A stretch of DNA of 64,000 bases, from the NCBI GenBank assembly GCA_963924565.1, contig OZ004610.1, forward strand, positions 28,148,001 through 28,212,000. The letters run 5' to 3'. The first letter of the stretch is position 1, and every line of letters begins with the position of its first letter. The notes below the pieces were generated by a model that saw only the letters and a list, made by a program, of their open reading frames with translations, ran no database searches and was not told the DNA's origin. Shown piece by piece: positions 14,001 through 26,000 of the stretch. Position numbers and translations under genes: made by a program. The DNA comes from Ascidiella aspersa. Its lineage: Eukaryota.

Positions 14001-17000
14001 TGTCAACCTTTTACATTTCGCAAAAATACCCCATAAAGCAAGTAAAAAAGGGTTCAACTAATCTATGTAAACCGGTTAAAAAACTTTGCCGGAAGAGCAG
14101 TTTTACATTTTATACAATGCCTGCAGCAACAGTATATTAAAGGTTAATAAACATGTCGAACAATGGAGCTGTTCAAAAGGTCTTTAAACTGACCAGGGGT
14201 TACTAAAAATCTCAAAACCACGGTTAAAAGGGAGAATAGGTCGTTTTAAAACGGCCTCGCAAATTTGCCTAAAATCTATTATTAGGATTAAGTAAGGCAG
14301 CCGATCCCTTTTAAGGGTCTTTGCCAACCGGTGTGATACATCTCGCTGGCCGCTCGAAGCACGGTTTGTGACTCACAATTGCACCCATTGTTACCACCAG
14401 CTGCCGTGCGCCAATCAATGGCAACCTTTGTGCCGCGTCTTGCTCGATTCCGGGTCATATTTGCCGCGTAAGCACGACCATAAATAACAATACACAACGA
14501 ATGCATTTCTACGGAAATCGTGTTCGCCTAATAAGGCTTGGGGAAGGTAAACTGAGAATAACCATATTTATACGATTGTATAGAAGGGCATTTTGGACTG
14601 GGTGGTTTGGATATCTCATGTGCGCACCGAAATAGAAGACGTTAAGTTTCGCTGCCGCCGTGACGTTCGTGGCAATAAGGCCACTAGTTTTTCGTTTTAA
14701 ATGCTATAAGACTACGATATCTGATTTTAAGTGTATGTATGATTCCATGCAATTAAATTCCAACACTTTACCGTTTTCCGTTCAGTTGGATTTTAGCGAT
14801 TTGACATTCGCTGCAAAATCTTTAATCATTTTACACCACACCTCTCCAAGTTTCACATCTTTACTCCGATTGGTGTTATAGCATTACAAAGAAATCAGTT
14901 GTTAAATGCTATTCCGAGAAAAGCCTAATCCCGGCCCATTTCCAGCTAATTAAATCTTAACGCTGTCGCATTAGTTACTAAACCTTTCCGACCTCTCCAA
15001 TCAATTTTCGTCCAAATTTCTCCCCGTTTCGCGTCGTCAATCCGATCACCCAATCAATAGCGACAGAACCTTGTTTATTTTTTTGGATTAAACTAACGTA
15101 AATTTACGCTTTTCGGCCCGAGGTTCGCGAAACACGAGCCAAAAATCGAAGGTAGGATTCGGCCGACGGGCAACAAGCCGAAACGGAAACCCTCTTTAGA
15201 TTAGCATCGGCCACTGAAGCGAATTTGTCCACCCCTTTCGACGGCTTAAGATAGTGGAAGATGGACGGCCTGAGAAGCCTCTTTTAGCGCTATAGGCGAA
15301 GTCCCGGTATAAGTGAACGCTCCGTTGTGGCTGTATGCTAGTATAAGCTGCGGATTGAAATTTAACAGCCCATTTGCCCCGTCTATTAGAATTGATGAGT
15401 TTGAGACGTGGGAAGTTTATTTGCGCCTACGGACTGCGCCTTTATTTGTCTACCGTTGGACACAAGAAAAAATCGATTTTTGCGTCCGGATCAAAAAAAA
15501 AACTTTAAGTTTATAAAGGATTTTTTCGTTTTGTTCTAATTTGGCGCGTATCGGGAAAATGTGTACCTTATTCTTCGGCCCTGGTGGGTAAAAAAAACTA
15601 GCAAACTCGGTTATAACTTAGTGCGAGATTAAATAAAAAACCTATCAAAGGTATGTTTTCAAGATACAAATAAATAGACAGCTTCGTCGTTTTGATATTA
15701 AACTTTTTGCTCAGTCCTTTTGTCAATTCAAGCTTTAATATTTTACCAAAAGCTACAAAACAGCGAAAAATCAAGGATTTTTGTTGGGGTTTGGGTCATG
15801 GAAATTTTTAGAATGACGTCACAACGTTACGCAACACACACTAACTTTTAAAATTTAGTACAACAAATATACGATATTAGTCACGTGGCCCACGACTACA
15901 TGATAAAAATAAACTATTAAGAAATAGCTCGCGGCCATCTAGAAATGGCTCTGTGGCCCACAGTTTGCCGACCACTCAACAAATCGAACGTTTTCAATTG
16001 ATTTTAATGCGGTTCTCTTTTATGTTGCAGAGAGGGCAAGGTTCCGGCTGGCGAGTCCTACTCAGTTGACAGCGGGAGTACGGTGTGCCAATGTCCGGTC
16101 GGGGGAGGAGTCATTTCTTGCAGGTGACCAATATATAATCTATGGGTATATATTTCTAGTTTCACCCTTCGTTTCGGTACGGGTGTGTGTGATTCATGAA
16201 AGTGGCTGGAAATTGTTCAAGGTTGTAGAAGTTATGTCATGTTCGCGGGGAATTGGACAAATATTTGTATATGTTTTGAAGAAAAATTTCATCACTTAAC
16301 ATCCACATGTGCCCTATTATGTTGTTTCGATTGACACTTCCGAAGGTGTATATTCACCACAACAAAAAACTGAATTATTTGCTGTTTTTTAGCGTCTATA
16401 CAACCTATGTGTTCAACAGAATGGCCTCTTGTCTAGCATATAAGTGTCCAGGTTATGGTCTGAAGTCCTACCAGCAGCGGCTTCACATTTGAAATCAAGG
16501 CGACTTATGTCGAACTTGATTGGCACCGTCGAATCGAACGGGTGGGAATTTTAACCTGCTGGATTACACAAGCACGACACAAAGCCAAACCCGTGCAGAG
16601 CGTAGGTGGCCTTCTCAGTCAAAACCCGACAGGCACGTTCTCCGACGATTTACGCGAAATCAAAGCGGGAAAGCGGAATAGTTTGGAAGCAAGGCTTCTG
16701 CGTCGTGTATGGGCGGCAAAAGCTGAGCACAAAGCACAGCATAACCAGCTATGGTATTTACGAAAGCTGTCCGGCGGTCGGGTGCTTTTATACCTCCCAT
16801 GTCGATTCCCGAGTTCATTGGCACGCTAATGCACCGGCTTTTCTCGACTCAGTATTGCAACCCAAAACAGCAATAGGTCTTAATGGACGCTAGTTGGATT
16901 CGCACACAGGATAGATTAGGGCGTGTCGCTTTGCTTACGTGACCTGTCCGAGCGTGAAACGTACAGAAGGTGCTGGTTTGCTAAATCCCGGCTTCGGAAC

Positions 17001-20000
17001 GTGGGAATCTAGTCAGTGTGACGCGATTGACACCAACTGGCACCAGTGTGTGTTGCGCCCTCGGGTGCAACTGGAATGCGAATTTCTAAATGGCAGTCAA
17101 GGCCTGTTAGAGACTTGAATTCACAACGTTATATATGTTAGTTTGTACAATTTTGATATTGTTAGTTTGGAGACCAAATTGCCTTTTTACAATTATAATG
17201 AGACAAAAAACACATAAAAAAACAATAAAAAAAACGAAAATAAAATTAAACTATTTACTTTGAGATCCGTTATAGGGGCGAAAGCCAACATTTTTATACA
17301 CCTGTGTATTGTTGAATGACACACTCCATCAAACGAAAAAAACATATTACACCTTTTACAAGACTCATAAAACTGTAGGCGTATGAAACACGTTTTAACC
17401 CGACAATTTTTTTGAGGTGACAATGTTAAACGTTTATGTCCTTGTTTGCGGTTTCATTGCCTGTCGTTTGAGGCTTAGAGATGCCGGGTGCGAACTATAT
17501 ACTGTTCCCAATTTGCGATCTACTAACTATTAAACACGTGTATCGGCGCGAAATTACCTCAAACCGTTGAGGCCCGTGAAATTATCACCAATTGTATTTG
17601 CCTCAAATAGCCTTAATTAACCAAGCCGGCGACACTCCAGTAAGCCGCATACCTCAAACCGATCGGAAAAGCTTGTGTAAACATCCACTTCTTGAGCTCT
17701 CTTGTACGCTAACGAGCAAAAACAACCGACGCCACACGATTTCAATACTTGCCCTGAGCAAGTCGCCGCTAATAGCTCTAAAAGATCTAATCAGCATCCG
17801 TCTAAGAACGCAACCGCTAAAGTGCGGTTTTGTATCGTTTAAAGCCCTATTGTCTCTTGTCGTATCGTCGGCATCGAAAAAATTAATCGGCGGCATCGGA
17901 ATAGGCCCTGTTGTTGGCATTATCCGCTTCAAAATCGATAAAGGGCGTCTGGAACAGTGTGTATTGGGATTACTTTGCAATTTTGGGGTAAGGAACATTG
18001 ACAATGATATATAGAAGGTCGTTGATCGCCAATAGCAAAAATTACACCTCCCAGTTGTTTTAATTTTTTTTGTTCAAAACGTTTATAGGCCATTCTGGTA
18101 TAGATCATTCATTAGGTGATTGTACATTAGTAGAAATATCAGAGCCTATATACAGAAGTAGCAAGCATTTTAAACGTTTCGAAAATCTCTTTATTCATTT
18201 TCAACAATAAAGAGTCACCCTGACGAAGGCGGCTTGTATAGGTTGCCGAAACGTTGGTTAACAATTACACTTACTAGAGGAGCTGTTTTTTGATTTATAA
18301 TAAAGAGTTATTCGAAACGATCAAAATGCTTCCTACTTCTGTATAAGCTTTGATATTCTTACTACAACCTCCAATCATAATGATCCAGTGATTGTACGTT
18401 ATTATGCACAGATCTTTCTTATAGCTTTGATTTGAATAACAAGGCCAAATTGGTCGCGTAAATCATATAGTGATCTACATCATATTGTAATGGAGACTAT
18501 AAATTTGCATTAAAAAAAAAGCAACAACACTAGAAAGGTTAAGAACCACTAGTGGACCTAAAACCAGGTTACGTCATAGTCTATTAGGTCCGAAAGACGG
18601 CGCGATATAGTTGGATCCTTTCCGGCTCTTTCGCGGCTCGTATCGCCTCGATAGCATGAAAGGAAATTACTTGGCTTCTACCCCCCCAGGCCACATGAAA
18701 GGCGTCGTTTTTACTGCGGTTCCTTAAGAGGTACACAATGCGCCTTTTCGGCATTGTAGTTGAACGTGCTGTGCGTGAGTGCGCGTCTTTTAACGCAGGA
18801 TATATATCTTTTTCTCGAATCGAATCAAAGCGGATCGGAAACCTATTCGATCATTTTACCGCTAATTTGAAATCGACCCCATATCAATTGGATGAAAGTT
18901 TTAAAAGAAGCTAAAAATGTCACAGAGTTTTGAGGATATTGTCTATTAGATGCGGCACATAAAAATCCAAGATATTTGTTACATTTTAAAAATTAAAAAA
19001 AGTTTCGGAATGATTGAACAAAAGTGTTTCGGGAAAAGTAACGGCAATACGAAGTCAAGATTCTCAAAATTTAAACACGAAAACCGTGATGCTGAACGTT
19101 TTGCACAATATTAATAATGTTGCCTATTACAGTCGCGACCACACAATCAGTTTTTATTTATTCGCAATTTAAAAATGATTTGTGAGTTTGTTTGCACTAA
19201 AGAAAAGCAGGGGCTTCTATAAAACTAAACGCTAATAGAGTCAAGCTTTCCAACATTAGGACAGATTTGACTGTTAAAAAAATACTAGTGCAGCTGCGGT
19301 GTGCGATCATATCTCCTGCCAACTCCTAATACAACTGGCACCCAGCAGCGATCTGGCGATGGGGATTGTAAGCCGGCGACAATTTCGTGGGAGATCGTAC
19401 GCGCAGATATTCAAACGTTTAATGGCGGTTCCAGCAAGCGCACCTGCTTCCATGGGGAAGGGGGGATCTTTCTCCCAACCGCCCTAAACAGCGCGAAATG
19501 GCTTCAACGCCGGATGCCATTCTGGCCAAAAAGTGACCTCGAAGGCACCAGGGTTCTTTCTTCGTTGTCTCCCTTTTAACTGAACGAACGCAGATCGCTT
19601 TAATCCTCCGATGTATTGAGGTTAAACGTTATCGTTCGATTATTATCAACAAACGCCCGTACTGACTCACATCATGAGCTAACAGGCATTTTTTCCATAC
19701 AATGCCAGGTCGTTAACAGCTCGCTTTACTTGGCTTCTTTAAATACAGTCAGCTTCTTTTTTCAAACTGTTCTACAGTCTCAGATGTGCAAACTATGGCA
19801 CAAAAACTGGATGAAAAAAGGGCCACTTTTTTATGAAACTGTTAAGATGGCAGCGTCGTTTTTCCAAACTTTTTTCCTGTGTCAGATGTGCAAAAAATGG
19901 CACAAAAACTGGATGAAAAAGGGGCCACTTTTTTATGAAACTGTTAAGATGGCAGCGTCGTTTTTCCAAACTTTTTTCCTGTGTCAGATGTGCAAAATAT

Positions 20001-23000
20001 GGCACAAAAACTGGGTGAATAAGGCCACTTTTTTCTGAAACTTTTAAGAGTTGTTTGGCAGCCTCGTGTTTACAACTATTGTCCTTGTTCAGGTGTGGAA
20101 ATAATGGCACGAAACTGGATGAAATAGTCCACATACCTGTTAAAACTTTCTAGATGACATACACGGTAAGAAAACTGCAAAAATTTGCGTTTAAAAGGGG
20201 GCCAGGCGCCTTTTTTTGGTCCTGTTATTTGGCCTCTCGCGATCTCCTAATACCGGCGGGTTCCGTCGCTTTTTGCTCGCCAGTCTAGTTTGCTTGTTGA
20301 CGATAACAAGCGCCCGCTTCAGTACATCGTCTTACATCACTCAGCTGTCCATCGTCCGGCGCCTTTTTCGTCGACGTTTGACCTTCGCGCCGCCACCGGC
20401 TTTGCTGACGCTGATCAGTTTGCGACGTCACACTGGCCGCGTGACATCACCTTGACGGTTTTCATGATTGCCAATTTCGCTTAGAGATTGAGTTTGGTTT
20501 GCAAACGAGCGTATGTACACGATTAATTTAAATACCGTTAAAAGCAAATTGAGGTTTTTCATTGTTTTAAAGGACTCAAAAAAGCATGGCTGTCATGTCA
20601 ATACCAAACGACATTTTTTTTTCTAGCACTGCCTCATTTTTCCCACTTTCATTAAAAAAGAACACATTTTCAGCCATACTTTAAAAAAGAACACAGTTAA
20701 AACTTTAACTTAACAACTCTTTTACACGTAAATATTATTTTCAGTTTCCGTGACGCTTTCTCGGGCGGCCCTGAGCCCTTTGGCCCAGTCGGGGGCGCCC
20801 CCAAGTTGGTCTGCCCGGCCATGCCTGTCTACTGCGTCGAAACTTCGTCCAGGCCCGACGGGTGTTCCATGTGCCTTAATGTAGGCTGCGTGGAAGACGA
20901 CGGTACAAAGCACAGAGGCGGAATGACGTGAGTTTTTGGGTTTGTTGTTTTTCGAATATCGCCCCTTTGTGACGTATAAGGAATTGTTTTCACGCAAATC
21001 GCACGAAAAACGCTTGTTTAACGCGGTGTACTGTTTTTTAATAGCTTTCTGTTTTCTTCAGTCTTATTCTTCATTTGTGTTGTGTTTTGAAAATAAGCCC
21101 TTTGTGACGTGTTAGCCATTGTTTTAAAGAGAGTCGAAAGAAAAAGGCAAATTAACCGTCATCAGTTCTCTTTTTAAGCCTGTTATTGTTGTTTTCAGGG
21201 TGAACCGATCCCCTTGCTCGGTGTGCTTTTGCCCCAGAGAAGGCGGAATCTTGATTTGCAGCGAAGACCGCGCCTGTATGGAGCGAAACAACGACGGTTC
21301 GTATTTACTAGCGCTATATAATGTATAAGATTAAGCCACTTGTTTGGTGTTTTCTGGTTGGACTGATGACGCTTTTTATGGCGAAACTTATGTCTATTAC
21401 ACACTTATTGCCTTACATCATAGGTTTTAGTAAAGACTGGTGATTAATATACCCGGCGTTTTCTCATTTCTCTTTCCATTTTCGTCAATAACATTAAGTT
21501 TTACCCTTCATTTCCTAAGAAAAAACTAAAAATATGATTTTTAAAATTCTATAAAAGTTAACCCACCAAGATACGAATAACGATTTCTCAATCTATTCAC
21601 AGACACTCTCCACACCTTATACATTTACTGGTTTACATTATAGGTTTGGTAAAGGCTGGTGATTAATATACTCAGTGTTTTTTTGTTTTTTTTCTGTTTT
21701 CACTGAAAAGGCTCTCGGGAGTTTTACACTTGATTTCCTACAACTATAAAAATAATGATCTGTAAAATCGTGCAAAGTTACGAATAACCCATTCTCAAAC
21801 TATTCATTCACAGACACTCTACACACCTCGCAAGCGCTTCACGCCACCCAGCGGGTGATGCGCGACCCCATCCAGCGCGAGGCCGAGCTCGGTGATTCCC
21901 CGGCGCCGCAGGCCCCGGCGCCGGTCCAGCCGCCGCCGCAGAGCCCGACCCAGTTCGGCAACTCCGACGAGCTAGGCTACGACACAACTTACTTACAACC
22001 CGACTGGAATAAGTTCAACAGCGGGGCCAGCAAGCCTCAATTGCCGCAGAGATCCGTCGCCTCGCCTGATCCCGCTTCAAAAGAGGTGGCACCCGCCAAC
22101 AAGTGGATTGCTGACGATACGGACGCTTTCCGCGTCCGTCCCGATTTCATTCCCCCCACACACAGGTACGCCACCAGGTTCGCCAAAGACACATTCGGCC
22201 CGTACGATAACCGCGGCACCGAGAGTTTCAACAACCAGCAGGGATACCCGTACGCCACCAACTACGGCTACCGCAGGAATGCGTACGGCGTTCCGCAGCA
22301 GCCAGAACCGCAGTATCCCTTCGGAGGTCGCGGCAGCCTGTATACGGACGGGAACTCGGCCGGTTCCAGCCGGAACGCGATTCCTGAAGACCCGGCAAAG
22401 ACGATGGAAGCGGCCAAAGGGAGCCAGGGCGCCGACGGCTCGCAAGAGAGAAAAACTGAAAGCGACGACTCTTCAAACCGGGAAGTGAAAGCTGCTGAAA
22501 AGGGCAGCAACGGTTTGTACCCGAACACCGATTTCTACAACGACTATATTGTACAAAGGCAGCGCAACCGGTACGACAACCAGCTGTACCAGCCCCTGCC
22601 CAACTACCCTTACAACCCGTACGATAACACGAACAACTACTACCCCAACCCCAACCTCCTACCTAACAAGGCTAAGTTACCCATTGGGGCTGACCCGTCG
22701 GCCGCCGCCGGAAATGAAGCCTCAAATGACGGCGGAACGGACCCGAATTCCCCAAAAGCGAAATCGACAGGCGATGAGAGCGTACCGTTGCAGCCCAATG
22801 CAAAGTATAGCCCTAACAGGGACGGTAGCGTTTACATGCCAGTAAGCACCGACAACCAAGGCGTGAACCAGCCAGGCGGCGTAGGCGGAACTGGAAACAC
22901 TCTAGGCCAACCGAATTTCAACCCGTACAACCCAAATTCTGCTGCAGGCGCTGATTCGAGCAAATACAACCCTAACAGCCCTGGCGGAACAAATGGAATC

Positions 23001-26000
23001 GAACAACCCGCAGGACTGCCGAACCAATACCCACCCGTTGCACCCGACAGCCAGTATTACCCAAGAAACCCCAACCAGTTGTACCCCAACAATCAGTTAT
23101 ACCCCGGGCCTCAGCAGCAACCTTACAATCCATACAACCCGACCGGTGACCTAAACCGTCGCAATCCGCTCGTAGTACCGGACCGTTTCGGGGTGAATCA
23201 GGGTGATTTGGGGCTCCCGGTTGCCCCTAATGGCGTAGGGGGTGCTGGTGACACCTCTAGCAATAACCCCTACAAGAGCGAGCCGCAAGAAAACGACGTG
23301 GTCCGCCCGAAGCTAAAAGAGCCTGGTATTGACAGCGTGCAGCCGGGTGCCAAAGCACCAAAGCCAGCCGAGTCCAGTGTACAACAGGGTTTAGCGAAAT
23401 CATCTTCAGATGACGTAGACGTTGAAGTCGAGCAGTCGGACCGTCCAAGATTAACTCAACAAGCGAAGAAAACCGACAGCGGACCAAATCGGCCTGAAAA
23501 TCTAAACGCTGAAATGACACGGGATTCGAGCCTAACCCAACCGGGAAACCCCGGCCCAAACCGCGATGCCACTGGGCCCCAACTGATCCCGATTGGTAAA
23601 TTCCCCAACTACCCTCTGCCGTACCACCCCCAACAGCAGCTCATGTCCCAAAGCTATCCGAACCCCCCAAATCCGCAGTACAACCCCTACGATAGCCAGG
23701 CGATGTTTTACAACGGAGCAGGTGGACCGCCTTACCCGCCCTACCAATACAATCTGGCCGGCAACAGGGGACTGTGGAACGCGCTCGGAGTCTATCCGAG
23801 CCGGGTACCCTATGGAACTTCACATGGGTAAGGAGAAAATATGTTTGTTTCGCTATTATCGTACGACAATATTTTTACGTTTTTCGAGTTGAGGTTTATT
23901 TCTGGGCCTAAGAAGTATCTTCCCTGTAAGTGGTTTGCCTATTTTCAATCTTGTGCACCAAACAAGTTTATTTCACTTTAAAGCTTTTCTATCCGATCGC
24001 AAAGCCCATTCGAAGTCATTGTGGCGCCAAAATATGTGTTCAAAGCGTGCAATGGTTCAACTGAATTATTTACGCCTTGTCGTTCTTGTTCGGGATGTCC
24101 GAAACATTACAATTCTTTCCGATACCAATAATCGATATTTGCGAAAAAAAGTATCGCTTTCCGATCCTATACCAAATGGCGCCGTTATAAGATTCCAAAT
24201 AGTGTAGAATTTAGTTTCCTTAATTTGCCAACCTTCTATGTTCTAACAAATTTACCTTTTAACATAACATTACTGCGTTGGATCTCAAATCATGGCTGTA
24301 TTTCTATATAAAATCGTTATTAGAAAAGTTATTTCAGGGTATTAGATCCAAATTTATTTTAGCAATTAGAAGTTTATAGCCGTATCCTGTTGTTAACCTA
24401 GTCTTTTTTTATAAACCGATCTTTCTAGGTAGAACCGTTGCATTTGATTGTCAATCACAGCTGAAACTCTTATGACAAACTGGTGTCGGATCGGCATCGA
24501 TACCGCCCTTGTATCGGACGAGTAGAGCATTCTACCACTTGGCATCGGGTATCGGCTCCGATCCGATCTGCTATTATCGAACATCCCTACTTTGTGTAAT
24601 TTTTTAATTAATATGTGGACCAAATCCAAACTTATAGGTCCTGCAGCCTTGTCCTAGGCCAGTGTTTCCCAAACCTTTATATTCTGTGGCCCAATTTTTT
24701 TCCTCAAAACAGGTCGTTGCCCATCGTTTTTCCACCTCTAGTGATAACTAGTGCATATTGATTAACAAAAGTTTTCCAATATTATAAGGATTTTTATTCT
24801 TTGATACCATTTGTCTAACAACAGATGGAGCAATGAAGCAATATTTTCAAAAATCTCCATGGCCCATTTAAAATAGTCTCATGGCCCACAGTTTAGGAAC
24901 CACTGTCCTGGGCAATAGGTAACGCCTTCTTAAATTGTTTCTTTTCATTTTTCACCTTCAGATCCAACGACAACGAAACGTCGGCGAGCGAAAATCGCGA
25001 CCCCCGTCTTCTGGTGCATCCCCAACTCCACAACGTCGTACCCAGCATCGTACCCCTGCACTCTTCCACCCTGTACGCCCCCGCCATGCCCCTCATCGTA
25101 CCCACTTCGGACATGAGTAAGAAATGCCCGTTTTAGACCGGTTTTAGCTTAAGCTTAATTTTGTTTTGTTCAGAGTCTAATTACTATCAATTTAACTAAT
25201 ATGTCTTTTTGTTAATTTCAAGAAATTATTTTATGTTTTATACTTGTTGACATTCTAAATTTGAACTGATTCCAAAGTAAGAATCTTCAATTTACATTCG
25301 ATTTTCTGCGATAGATTTCTTATTTAGGAAAGTGTTTCAGGAAATGGAATATAGTGTGAACAATACCCCTTCTATACTTAAGGTTGATAAGTTTTGGAAT
25401 GGTTATAAGTTTGGCCGAGTTTTTTGTTGGTATGGGGCAATTCAACCTGGTTTTCTGTATTATATTCAAATGTTTGCACAATATATCAAGACGATTACGT
25501 TAAAGCTGTTAAGTAACCCCAACAGACCTTGCACATATAGAGTGTGACAGTTAAAAACTCGTCCAATAGAGATACGTTTTTTCAAGTAAGTTTTGCACAA
25601 CAGCCGTAACCAGTTTGTTAGATATATTGTTTAGGTTTCTTTAGTTTTTTTCTAATACAAGTCAATATATAAACTGTTGCTACCAGGCATGGTAATATAA
25701 ATCAAAAACAGCTCCTCTGGTAATTGTAATTGTAATTGTATACAAGTCAATATATTTGCTATAAAAATGTTTATTGAACGCTCAGCATACGAAACTTTAG
25801 CTATACATCAGGATTAAATAATGTTTCTTAATGAACATATAGCTTTCACTTTGTGGGTTTCTTTTGTTTTGCTGAAATAAAATAAGCCTGTACCTTGCTG
25901 GAAGCAAGTTCAGTCTTTTTCAACTTCAATATAATCAATAGCGACTACAAGTTTGATTTTACATTTCATACCTAAATTTGTCGCATAACTTCAGCCTCTA

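Noticed and set aside
16400-17130. Compositionally distinct intronic stretch with short ORFs, possible transposon relic
   Set aside because: No RT, transposase or other motif recognisable, and no termini found.
19616-20134. ORFs with repeated peptide ([17 protein letters not shown])
   Set aside because: Artefact of the 102-bp (34-codon) tandem repeat. No splice or domain support.
22037-23892. Overlapping alternative-frame and antisense ORFs within exon 6
   Set aside because: Expected shadows of a GC-rich coding exon.
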